Shown one piece after another: positions 51,614 through 60,578 of a stretch of DNA of 64,000 nt; position 1 is the stretch's first letter, and every line of letters starts with the position of its first letter. The position numbers and the translations under genes are program-made. The notes under the pieces are model-generated. The model had not been told where the DNA came from and did no database searches. It saw only the letters and a list, made by a program, of their open reading frames with translations. This DNA comes from a virus (lineage: Duplodnaviria > Caudoviricetes), in IMG/VR virus record IMGVR_UViG_3300031998_000010, one strand, 5' to 3'.

Positions 51614-52408
51614 TTATATTATATCTTTGAATAACGAATGATTAGATGTAAAAATAGTAAGTAAATTCTTACCTAACATTTCTTTATAATTATCAAATGT
51701 ACATTTCTTCATATAATCAATCAATTCAGGAAGATATGTTTCGATATTAAGGTCATCAGAAACTTCTTTTAAGTATTCAAACTGAGCAATCTTCGTTGCT
51801 TTCTGTTCTTCAAATTCTTCTTTTGTGGCAGGTGACCTAAATTTAATTCCACAGCCAAGAGCCCAGTTTCTACCATACTGACTAATTCCGATAGAAGTAG
51901 AACCTGAACTACTATGAAATATTCTTGTATGAGGCATTCTGCAAGTAATACTCCTTACTGGGTGAATCTTGCACCTATATATTCCATCTTTAAGCTTAAA
52001 CAGATGATAACAGACATCTCTTTCTTTTTCAGGGTCTTTTGTGTTTACAACCATTCGCTGCTTTCTTTCGGGACATACATAAACGGTGATTTCTTTTCCA
52101 TTAATGATATGTTTAGTAGGTACGATAGTACTCTGAAGATTGTGAAGATTTTCTACCTGAAGCCCATAATCAATAAAATCCTGGTCTGTATAAGCCATTA
52201 ATCTTTCATATTCTTTTTGTGTAAGAAGTAAGTTTTCTGTGATACAACAACACTTGCCACAACTATCACAACCATCTACGTCAAAGAATGTAGGTGATAA
52301 AATAAGGCTTTTCCGATTAGTATCAAATACCTCATCATCGATTGTAACTGCTTTCTTTGATAAAGGAAGCAAATACTGCATTATCTTACTAAGATTGTTG
52401 ACGCTCAT
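51614..52408 (-). CDS. CxxCxxCC (YkgJ/FliB-like) cysteine-cluster protein, paralogue 1
   Basis: CDSCGKCC, CYHL, CKIHPVRSITCR. Confidence 0.8.
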   Translation of the reverse strand: MSVNNLSKIMQYLLPLSKKAVTIDDEVFDTNRKSLILSPTFFDVDGCDSCGKCCCITENLLLTQKEYERLMAYTDQDFIDYGLQVENLHNLQSTIVPTKHIINGKEITVYVCPERKQRMVVNTKDPEKERDVCYHLFKLKDGIYRCKIHPVRSITCRMPHTRIFHSSSGSTSIGISQYGRNWALGCGIKFRSPATKEEFEEQKATKIAQFEYLKEVSDDLNIETYLPELIDYMKKCTFDNYKEMLGKNLLTIFTSNHSLFKDII

Positions 52409-53190
52409 ACAATTCCCTCCAACATTTTTGATTTTGTATTGATAATAGGTAAAATATCTTTACCTAAAAATTGCTTATGATTTTCAAATGCTGCATTGCT
52501 GATGTACTGAATCATTTCTGGAAGATATGTATCACAATTCAAATCATTAGCGACTCTCAAGAGATATTCAAGTAATGCAATTCTGTCTGCTTTGATAGCA
52601 TTGAATTTTTCTTCTGTCTCACATTCTTTGAATTTGATAGGACAACCTACAGCCCAATTTCTACCATACTGACTAACTGCAAATGAAACTGTTCCTTTAT
52701 TATTGCAGAAAAGTCTAACATGCGGTACTCTACAAGTAATACTTCTCACAGGATGAATACCACATCTATAAAGACCTTCATCATTCTTAAATAAGTAATG
52801 ACAAGTTTTACTATCACGATTCTTATAAGGATTATGAATAGTCTGCAAAGGTTGAGAACACCTGTAAAGCTTTATTTCTTTTCCATTGATTATATGTGAC
52901 TCTACTTCGATTGTATCTCTAAATGTATGTAAATTTTCTACTGGGAGGCTATAATCAATGAATTCCTGGTCTGTGCAATTCTTTAAATTTTCATGTTCGT
53001 GTTCAGTAAGTACAACCATCTCTGGGACACACATACAACAAGTTCCGCAACATACACAATCATCAATCAAGAAGAAAGATGGCGAGAATGAAAGTTTCTT
53101 AGCCTGATTATCATATACCTTACCATCAACTTCTATCGGTACTTTACATACAGGCGATATATAATGAAGTAATTTACTGATGTTATCCAT
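52405..53190 (-). CDS. CxxCxxCC (YkgJ/FliB-like) cysteine-cluster protein, paralogue 2
   Basis: CVCCGTCC, CHYL, CGIHPVRSITCR; colinear with paralogue 1. Confidence 0.8.
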   Translation of the reverse strand: MDNISKLLHYISPVCKVPIEVDGKVYDNQAKKLSFSPSFFLIDDCVCCGTCCMCVPEMVVLTEHEHENLKNCTDQEFIDYSLPVENLHTFRDTIEVESHIINGKEIKLYRCSQPLQTIHNPYKNRDSKTCHYLFKNDEGLYRCGIHPVRSITCRVPHVRLFCNNKGTVSFAVSQYGRNWAVGCPIKFKECETEEKFNAIKADRIALLEYLLRVANDLNCDTYLPEMIQYISNAAFENHKQFLGKDILPIINTKSKMLEGIV

Positions 53191-53252
53191 GTAATCCTCC
53201 TAAATTTTACTATTGTAAATAACGATTCTTAATGTTGTCAATACTGCATTTG

Positions 53253-53819
53253 TCATATATTCTCCTGATTTTCTGGAAATACTAATCTAACTAAATCATC
53301 TATAGGCCAATATACATTAATCTGTCCACGATATCCAGATTCATGTTTTCGATGAAAATGATATACAGCTGTTCCTGACATTTTTTGATAATACTGCGGT
53401 TTAAGTTCTTTTGCAATATAGGCCACGGAATCTTTAACTTCATCTCCGTCTATGTTTCTACATCTGCATATCTTTCGTGCTTTCCTTCGTACTTTACCCG
53501 ATTTAGCTACTTCGTATAATTCTTCAAAATCAGGAACAGGTCGCCATTCTTCTGTATCTTCTATAACAGGACCTGGCCATACTAAATCATGCAATCTATC
53601 CACACGAACCATTTTGTGTTCTCCATCTTTAGCTAATAATACATGTGGATGATATGCACCGCACATAACAGGTTTTAATATCCTGGACTTAAATGACCTT
53701 GTCATTAATTTACCTGCACGAATGCATGAAACTGTTCTGTCTAAACTTCGTACTCGACCTAAGTTACTCACTTCGTAGTAACCTTCGTAACCAGGTACAG
53801 CTTTCCATTGTTCTTCCAT
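53253..53819 (-). CDS. double-NUMOD4 protein lacking HNH motif
   Basis: EQWKAVPGYEGYYEVSNLGRVRS and EEWRPVPDFEELYEV. Confidence 0.8.
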   Translation of the reverse strand: MEEQWKAVPGYEGYYEVSNLGRVRSLDRTVSCIRAGKLMTRSFKSRILKPVMCGAYHPHVLLAKDGEHKMVRVDRLHDLVWPGPVIEDTEEWRPVPDFEELYEVAKSGKVRRKARKICRCRNIDGDEVKDSVAYIAKELKPQYYQKMSGTAVYHFHRKHESGYRGQINVYWPIDDLVRLVFPENQENI

Positions 53820-53822
53820 AGA

Positions 53823-54479
53823 TTAATCCTCTTTATACAATTCAGGGAATGCTGATTTAATTAAATCTTCTGCTTTATAATAAGCATCTGTTTGACCACA
53901 TCGGCCTGTCTTATATCTTTTATGAAGATGATACACTGCTACGCCTGATTTCTTATTAAATCTATAAGGCTTTAATTCTCTAGATTCATATTCAGGGCAA
54001 TCTTCAAACGATATAGCATTTCTACTACGTTCACGCAGAACCCGCCTAGTTATACTCCTTACTTTTCCAGTATTAGATACTTCATATATATTTTCATATC
54101 CAGGAATATTTCGCCATTCTTCTTTTAAATTATTAGATATATTCGACCTAGTATGATATGGAACCCAAACAAGATTATTCGCAGAGTTGTTGGTTTTATC
54201 AGAATCTTTATGATTTATAAAAGAATATTTATTTGGATTAGCTACAAAAGCTTCTGCAACTAAACGACTCAATTTCATAGAAGTAAATGAACCATCTTTA
54301 TACAAATTAACTACAGGGTCTTTACCCGTCTTAAGTGGGCGTAACTCCCTGCCTGAACGGAATCTAACAACAATTCTATTTATCTTAAAAGATTCATATC
54401 TATCTAAACTACGAACTTTTCCTAGATTGCTTACTTCATAAACACCTTCGTAATCTTTTATTGGTCTCCACTCTTCCAT
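53823..54479 (-). CDS. NUMOD4-HNH-NUMOD4 homing-endonuclease-like protein
   Basis: EEWRPIKDYEG.YEVSNLG, INHKDSDKTNNSANNL.W, second NUMOD4. Confidence 0.8.
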   Translation of the reverse strand: MEEWRPIKDYEGVYEVSNLGKVRSLDRYESFKINRIVVRFRSGRELRPLKTGKDPVVNLYKDGSFTSMKLSRLVAEAFVANPNKYSFINHKDSDKTNNSANNLVWVPYHTRSNISNNLKEEWRNIPGYENIYEVSNTGKVRSITRRVLRERSRNAISFEDCPEYESRELKPYRFNKKSGVAVYHLHKRYKTGRCGQTDAYYKAEDLIKSAFPELYKED

Positions 54480-54543
54480 GATTAAATCCTCGGCCTAGGA
54501 ATGTCCTGTGTGTTATCTGTCATAATTTTCTCCTTATAAAAAG

Positions 54544-54578
54544 ATAGAGTGTAACCATAGATGATGGCTACACTCTAT
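54544..54578 (-). terminator. 15-bp hairpin after transporter gene
   Basis: ATAGAGTGTAGCCAT-N5-ATGGTTACACTCTAT CTTTT. Confidence 0.55.
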
Positions 54579-54601
54579 ATAACGATTTTAGTTTATGTAA
54601 G

Positions 54602-55357
54602 TTATACTACTGAATACTTTTCAAGATAATCAGAACCTACGTTGTCTTTCTTCCAATTTCTAGACATCTTGTAACCGATAGGGCTGAATACCATCTCAAT
54701 TACAAGTTCCAAGAGCATCATCATAAATGAGCAGACGAAAACCTGTGTGAGTGTCCATCCAAAGAAAATATAAGATACAAACAAGGCAAATACAAGATTA
54801 TCTACAAACTGACCTGCTGCTGTTGATAAGAAACTTCTAATAGCAAATCCGCCAAAATTATCTTTCTTATCTACTTTCTTTCCAATGAACTTATTAACAA
54901 TAGAATTTACAAGTCCACCAAGGTACATTGCTACAGCAGAACCAATTACAATAAACCAAGAAGATGAGAATGTTGCGTCTACGCTTGCATTGATTGCATC
55001 AGCTACTGCAGGGTCTGTGGCTGAATAACTTGCTGCCCAAATTCCGGGAATCTTACAAATTAACATGTAGATTATACCAGTTAATAAGTTTGCAACCATA
55101 GCTACTGTATTGAGAATCGTTGCTGCACGAGCTCCAAATCTCTTACATGTAGCATCCATGCATAAGAAACTTATCCACGAAACAAAAATTCCGGCAGTTG
55201 ATGCAAGCCAAGGTAAGTTAAAGATGGACTTGTTTGCTAAAAGATTCATTGACACAACTGAAAGGATGAAAAAGGCTGTTACCAACCCGGGAATAGCTCT
55301 CATTGTGTCCTTCACTTCTTCGACTAATGAATACTTAGTCTTTGTTTTTGAAACCAT
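54602..55357 (-). CDS. VUT/YhhQ-family queuosine precursor transporter
   Basis: About 6 TM helices; NLLANK, D...KRFG..AA, R...ST..GQFVDNLVF. Confidence 0.8.
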   Translation of the reverse strand: MVSKTKTKYSLVEEVKDTMRAIPGLVTAFFILSVVSMNLLANKSIFNLPWLASTAGIFVSWISFLCMDATCKRFGARAATILNTVAMVANLLTGIIYMLICKIPGIWAASYSATDPAVADAINASVDATFSSSWFIVIGSAVAMYLGGLVNSIVNKFIGKKVDKKDNFGGFAIRSFLSTAAGQFVDNLVFALFVSYIFFGWTLTQVFVCSFMMMLLELVIEMVFSPIGYKMSRNWKKDNVGSDYLEKYSVV

Positions 55358-55364
55358 ATGCGGT

Positions 55365-55430
55365 CTCCTCCTTTTATTTTTATTTTATAACGCCGAGGGT
55401 GTCAAGGAATTACAAAACTCGGCGGTTATA
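55365..55430 (-). promoter_or_regulatory. candidate preQ1-I-like riboswitch
   Basis: Stem CGCCGAG/CTCGGCG, loop with anti-SD TTCCTT and ACACCCTC, A-rich tail, then AAGGAGG. Confidence 0.45.
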
Positions 55431-55448
55431 TCTAATTTATAACGATTC

Positions 55449-56312
55449 TTAATCTTCTAAAAATGATACGTCTTCGACTTCTAAATCTTCGAGGAACTGT
55501 GCCCAAGCACACATTCTTGCCGAAGTATTATCACTGTATCTAAGATTTTCTGAAGTTTCATTATCTAAAGAAATTTTATAAGGATTTCCTTTAAATGTAA
55601 TTGTCACAGTGCAGTCAAAGTAGTTATCTCCATAATCTCTAAATTGAATATCTTTCCATGTAACTACGTCTAATAACTTATTTTCATAATCATTAATGAC
55701 AATCTCTTTCAGCTGTTCATCAGAGCTTCCTTTAGGTGCTGTTATCTTCATTCTCAAAGGTACGAGATGTGCATCGTAAGGAAGGATATCAACTAAATAT
55801 TTTTGTGTTTTAGGAACATCTACATCAACGGTTACTTCACTGAATTCATACCATCCGCTTATATAGACTGTATCAGCATTTTGATAAATTCCGTTAAATG
55901 AAATTCCGGGAGTATCTTCTGGTTGAAATAAATCAGATGATTTGAATCCGTTGAATTTCTTACTCTTTAATGCTTTGCTCAATGTAGCAAATGCTTTCTT
56001 GCCATATTTTTCACAACCATATACGCAGAATTGAAACTGGCCATGGAGCTTCATCGTGACTGTTTCATCTTTATCTCTTTCTGATGCCCAAGGACCTGCT
56101 TGAAGATAGCCGGAGAGCATAAAATCATCGGGTCCGTCTAAATCAATAGATTCAACGACAGGTCTAAATTGCTCAGCAAGGTAATCAGCAAGTATGTCAA
56201 GATTGTCATCGTCTAATTCTTCATTTTCATACCAATCTCTATTATAAAAATCAAGTAACAAAGATTCAGGAACAATTTGTTTGTATATTTTAGGCAGTTT
56301 AGAATACTTCAT
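55449..56312 (-). CDS. hypothetical protein
   Basis: 287 aa, preceded by AACCTTTAAT motif. Confidence 0.75.
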   Translation of the reverse strand: MKYSKLPKIYKQIVPESLLLDFYNRDWYENEELDDDNLDILADYLAEQFRPVVESIDLDGPDDFMLSGYLQAGPWASERDKDETVTMKLHGQFQFCVYGCEKYGKKAFATLSKALKSKKFNGFKSSDLFQPEDTPGISFNGIYQNADTVYISGWYEFSEVTVDVDVPKTQKYLVDILPYDAHLVPLRMKITAPKGSSDEQLKEIVINDYENKLLDVVTWKDIQFRDYGDNYFDCTVTITFKGNPYKISLDNETSENLRYSDNTSARMCAWAQFLEDLEVEDVSFLED

Positions 56313-56351
56313 TGTAGCACCCCATTAGTTTTGATAATATATTAAAGGTTG

Positions 56352-56504
56352 CTATACCTGATGGTTTTCAGATAATGCCTTGATAGCCATATCTAACGCT
56401 ATCTTGATATCCCTTGTGGTATATCCTTCCATTTCCTCAATAATGATTCCATAGCCCAAATTTGTTGTATGATATAATATCTTGATTGCTTCTTCATTAC
56501 TCAT
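56352..56504 (-). CDS. 50-aa MSNEEAIKIL..ALDMAIKAL family protein
   Basis: Manual translation, GAGG SD. Confidence 0.6.
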   Translation of the reverse strand: MSNEEAIKILYHTTNLGYGIIIEEMEGYTTRDIKIALDMAIKALSENHQV

Positions 56505-56506
56505 TT

Positions 56507-56731
56507 TTATTTCCTCTCACCTTTGTGTGCATCGCAATAAGCCTCTTTACTATTTAGTATAATCTTGTGAAAGCCTTCCGAATTGACATTAGTGCAACCA
56601 TAACGACAATTCCAAAATTCACAATTTGAGCAAGAATTTTCATTATCCATAAGCATCATTAGTCCTTCCTCATATGTGCAGGTGATAAAACCGTATGTTC
56701 TGCAACATTCTTTCTTATCGCTTCTTGCCAT
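56507..56731 (-). CDS. small Cys-rich protein (true start probably near MDNENSC)
   Basis: CSNCEFW..C..C. Confidence 0.5.
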   Translation of the reverse strand: MARSDKKECCRTYGFITCTYEEGLMMLMDNENSCSNCEFWNCRYGCTNVNSEGFHKIILNSKEAYCDAHKGERK

Positions 56732-56762
56732 TCTTCATTAGTCATACCATTTCGCCTCTTTC

Positions 56763-56921
56763 TTAACAGAAATCAGTATACTGTTCATACTCTAATGCCT
56801 TAATAGCAAGGTCATAAGCCTGTTTTGCTTTCTCAAAATCAGGGTTGTGATAAATCTCATGTGTTCTTATAAGCATATTTCTTGCATCTGTTAATATCTT
56901 GATTGCTTCTTCATTAGTCAT
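56763..56921 (-). CDS. MTNEEAIKIL..AYDLAIKAL family protein
   Basis: Internal ATG of track ORF 56763..56948. Confidence 0.6.
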   Translation of the reverse strand: MTNEEAIKILTDARNMLIRTHEIYHNPDFEKAKQAYDLAIKALEYEQYTDFC

Positions 56922-57098
56922 ACCTTTTCGCCTCTTTCTGCCTTGCAATAATTTAGCGTTGGCGACTCGAAATATCTTTCTACAATAGCTTTTATCTGTT
57001 CATCAGACAATCCTACTTCTTTTTCCTAACTGTCAATTATTTTTGCTTGTTCCTCTAATGCCTTAATAGCAAGGTCATAAGCCAAGGAATTTTCACAT

Positions 57099-57354
57099 TC
57101 AATCTGTTTCCTCCTTTTTCATTGATGCACCACAATATGAGCAAAAGTTATTAAAAAGTTGTTGCTTTTCCCTCATACAATAATTACAGTGAAACATACC
57201 CCCAATTATCCGTAATCCACTCGCCTTGCGTTCTTTCTTCATAAGGTATGCTATTTGGAATTAGTTGAATAAGTGTATCTGCATATTCAGAACAAATGTA
57301 TCCGTGTTTGATGTCATCATATATTTCATCAGGAATATCAATTATCAGTTTCAT
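57099..57354 (-). pseudogene. frameshifted Zn-ribbon small gene (MKLIIDIP..GEW..CxxC..NFCSYCGASM)
   Basis: Removing one G from the G5 tract (57199-57203) restores an 84-aa ORF. Confidence 0.6.
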
Positions 57355-57676
57355 TCTTTAAACCTCTCAACCAAGAATAGTCTAACTTTTTAATAATTGT
57401 TATATCATCCATAAGTAATGGCTCACCATCAGCACCAGTTAAAAACATTTCTGTCCCTGTAACAAGATATATAGGCTTATCAGAAAACAACATCCGAAAA
57501 TAATCTGTTATTGCATGGAGATTAGGGTTATCAGGCAGTATAGGATAATACTCATCGTCTGCCTGTATGCAATTCCATACACTTACACCACCCTCATTTC
57601 GTACAATTGCATCACCTTTATGCACCTTGGATTGAAAATCTTTTGGTATATCTCCAAATCTAATATAAACTTTCAT
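57338..57676 (-). CDS. hypothetical protein
   Basis: 112 aa, GGGAGG SD. Confidence 0.75.
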   Translation of the reverse strand: MKVYIRFGDIPKDFQSKVHKGDAIVRNEGGVSVWNCIQADDEYYPILPDNPNLHAITDYFRMLFSDKPIYLVTGTEMFLTGADGEPLLMDDITIIKKLDYSWLRGLKNETDN

Positions 57677-57682
57677 TCTTCT

Positions 57683-57802
57683 TTACCTCCCTATCACCAT
57701 ATCTGCCCCACAATTCGGACAGAAATCGACGCTACCGTGAATAAATACACCGTTGACTTCATAAGAATATACTAAGCGATTTTCGTACCAGTATGTGCTC
57801 AT
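57683..57802 (-). CDS. 39-aa protein ending FCPNCGADM
   Basis: Manual translation, GAGG SD. Confidence 0.55.
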   Translation of the reverse strand: MSTYWYENRLVYSYEVNGVFIHGSVDFCPNCGADMVIGR

Positions 57803-57813
57803 TCTTTATTACC

Positions 57814-58432
57814 TCACAATCGAATTCTACCATTCCGTGTTGTACCTAACATAGCATCCTTTGCTCTTAAAGCCTCGATAGCATTAGATAATGCTCGGTA
57901 ATAGGGTTCTTCGGATTCGTCAAAACAGTTGTAATTAGATTTCAATTCTGATAACTTCTCAATGTCTTGCCAAATCTCAGTTCTCCGTTGCTGAATCAAA
58001 TTATTTATATCTTCACTTGTCATTTTTTAACCCCATAAACTTGTAATTCTTTCCCACATATAGGACAGAATTTAATATCTCTAATATAATCAAACCCTAT
58101 ACCATTATCCCAATCAGCAGATTCATACAAAGTATCTCCCATATAATGATACTGACAGAATTTACAGTTGGTTTGATTAGTTATATCTTCACTTGTCATT
58201 TTATTTATATCTTCACTTGTCATTATTCTTTACTTCTTATGGAAATAAAACCTCTATCGTAAATCTGTTCTCCGTTATCTCCGCTAATTGACATTTTCTT
58301 GATTGCAAGACCGTACTTCGACAAAACATCCTCGATTTCTTCTTCCATCTTTTTCATATCATCAAAAAACTTATTGGCATCACTCATTTTCTTCATTTGT
58401 TCATCTGTAAGCATGATTTTATCACTTGTCAT
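57814..58432 (-). CDS. three small genes (57814-58023, 58020-58223, 58223-58432) with MTSED/MTSDK starts
   Basis: ORF track; shared DNA repeat at the starts. Confidence 0.65.
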
Positions 58433-59034
58433 TTTGTATCTCCTTTACAGAATTTATCGCATATCCCTTAATATCTGTTAAATCAGGTCTATAAAATCTC
58501 CCATTATGAGTTTTGCAAAAATTACATACATCTTGTATTGCGTTAGGTGGATAGTATTTTCTATTAAAGCAGATAGAACAATCATATTTCATTCTTTATC
58601 ACCGCTAGATGCTATCTGTTCCAAAGCATAAATAGCACGGTCAAGAGCATTCTCTGTCAACTCTGTTGTGCTTTCCGCCTTTAAGATTTTAAGTTCTCTA
58701 ATCACTTCCTCATTAGACATATGTGTTCTCGTCATTCTTACACCACAATTCGGGCAAAAATTATAATATTTCTTTGAAACATAACAGCATCTCGAACACT
58801 CACCCTCATCATCATAGGGAGAAATATTTACCCACTCCCCTAAAATTTCCTTATCTGCCATTATTCTTTACCTCCACACATCAAATATAATTGATTACCC
58901 TCAAACCTTGACCTATCATTAGATAAACAGTCGTGAAATTCTTTATCAGATAAAGTACAGGCTGCTTCGGGCATACATTCTGGATTCTTTGGAGTAATAA
59001 TTTTTGAGCGAATACACTCTTTACAGGTTTTCAT
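58422..59034 (-). CDS. three small Cys-rich genes (58422-58592, 58589-58861, 58861-59034)
   Basis: One from ORF track, two by manual translation (MKYDCSIC.., MKTCKEC..); tightly coupled. Confidence 0.6.
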
Positions 59035-59112
59035 TCTTTCTCTCCTCTCATATCCGGTTCGCTTATATTTATGTTTGATTGATATTTAAAATTCTCCTAA
59101 ATACTATAACGA

Positions 59113-59763
59113 TTAGGAGTTGAAGAAATTTATATTGAAGTGCCACCCTGTGACCGGCTCAGTTTCTAAATAACTAACTGAATAAACACCAGTCCAATGT
59201 GAACCGAAATTTGCCATAGATTCATAATCAGGCATAAAAGTATCTATCCAATGACCAACAGCACCGGGACCTGTGTCTTCAGCAACAAAAACCTTTCCAT
59301 CTATTAAGAATAAATCTCCATAGTTGTTTATTGATGTATTTATTCCACATGTGCTTGGGTTCCACCATTCTTCTTCTCTATGTGCTATTGTACCTGTGGA
59401 GGTGACCCAACCATTAGGAAAGTTATCTGTACCGTCTGAATAGACTCTGTATCCGCACTCTTCTGGACAATACGCTGTTATGTAGTATTCTCCGATGTAT
59501 TCAAATTCCATATAAACTGCAGATATAGAAACGCTATCAAGACTTTCTTTGAAGTTATCTTGATAGTATTCAATCATCGGGTTTGGTATAGGTGTTGGAG
59601 TAGGAGTGGGAGAAGGTGTTAATGTAGGTTTAGCAATAACTAAATCATTGCAATCTTCTGTTTCTTGCAAACTCGGTTGAGGTATATTATTAATTTGTTC
59701 TGCTGTAATAACAATTACACATAGAAGCATAACTGTTATTACAGCAGATTTAATTCTACTCAT
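59113..59763 (-). CDS. exported 3D-domain protein with PT linker
   Basis: Signal/TM, PTPTPTP, ITAYC..TSTG..AEDTG..IDTF. Confidence 0.7.
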   Translation of the reverse strand: MSRIKSAVITVMLLCVIVITAEQINNIPQPSLQETEDCNDLVIAKPTLTPSPTPTPTPIPNPMIEYYQDNFKESLDSVSISAVYMEFEYIGEYYITAYCPEECGYRVYSDGTDNFPNGWVTSTGTIAHREEEWWNPSTCGINTSINNYGDLFLIDGKVFVAEDTGPGAVGHWIDTFMPDYESMANFGSHWTGVYSVSYLETEPVTGWHFNINFFNS

Positions 59764-59773
59764 TGTGGGAAAA

Positions 59774-60517
59774 TCACCAATCTACTGCGATGTCTACTCC
59801 ATAAGGATAATCGGCAACAAATTCGCCAGTGTCTACAACAATGCTCCATCCTAATGAAGTTTCCAGGATAGTGCCTAATGGTCTTATTTTCCAATTGGCC
59901 GCAATCATCACGTAGCGACCAAGCATCTTAGCACCATCGTCTCTGACCCAATAAGGGTACTCTTCTTCGCTGTAGCCTAACTCTCTCATTTTATTTATAC
60001 AACCATTCATATTCAGGTTGTAATATGTTTCTCTGCCCGCAGGTCCCATATTTCCTCCAATCTCTTTTGTAAGGATAGGACCTTCCCAAGTAGTCGGAAG
60101 CTCAATCTTAGGGGCAACTTCTTCTAATGCTAATTCATATGCATTTAATTCATTCTTCAAATCTGTGACATGCTGTTCATAGTTTAGTAGCATTTCAGAT
60201 TGTTCTTCTAGAGTAAGACTCTGCATTGCATTTTCTGATTTCAACCTATCAATTTCTTCTTGTAATTCTGCAATATCTTCTGAATTTTCCGAATGCAATG
60301 AATGTAAAGTCGAAACTGAATAATCATGCACCGCTACTAATTCATTAATATCATGCTTTAAATCGAATATTTTTATCTGATGCATTGTGAATACTAATGC
60401 AATTATTACAAAAATCAAGAAAAAGCAAAATACTGGAGTTTTTATTACTTGTTTAATCTTCGTCCAATTCATCATAGATTTTGTTATACAAATCCCAGAT
60501 TTCATCAGGGACTTCAT
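59774..60517 (-). CDS. membrane-anchored coiled-coil protein with C-terminal 3D-like domain
   Basis: TM, heptads, ETYY..AAN..GT..ETSLG..VVDTG..DIAVDW. Confidence 0.6.
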   Translation of the reverse strand: MKSLMKSGICITKSMMNWTKIKQVIKTPVFCFFLIFVIIALVFTMHQIKIFDLKHDINELVAVHDYSVSTLHSLHSENSEDIAELQEEIDRLKSENAMQSLTLEEQSEMLLNYEQHVTDLKNELNAYELALEEVAPKIELPTTWEGPILTKEIGGNMGPAGRETYYNLNMNGCINKMRELGYSEEEYPYWVRDDGAKMLGRYVMIAANWKIRPLGTILETSLGWSIVVDTGEFVADYPYGVDIAVDW

Positions 60518-60578
60518 TCCTTTCGTGATTTTTGATAAAGGTCAATATAGCCTGTAATTCATCTTCTGTAAGGTACAT
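60453..60578 (-). CDS. 41-aa acidic protein
   Basis: MYLTEDELQAIL..; AAGGAGG SD after AATCGTTA motif. Confidence 0.6.
   Translation of the reverse strand: MYLTEDELQAILTFIKNHERNEVPDEIWDLYNKIYDELDED

Noticed and set aside
57338-57676. MKVYIRFG as a member of the leader family
   Set aside because: Lacks the small-small residues after [IV]x; YIRFG looks like part of the folded domain, and the gene sits in a different cassette.
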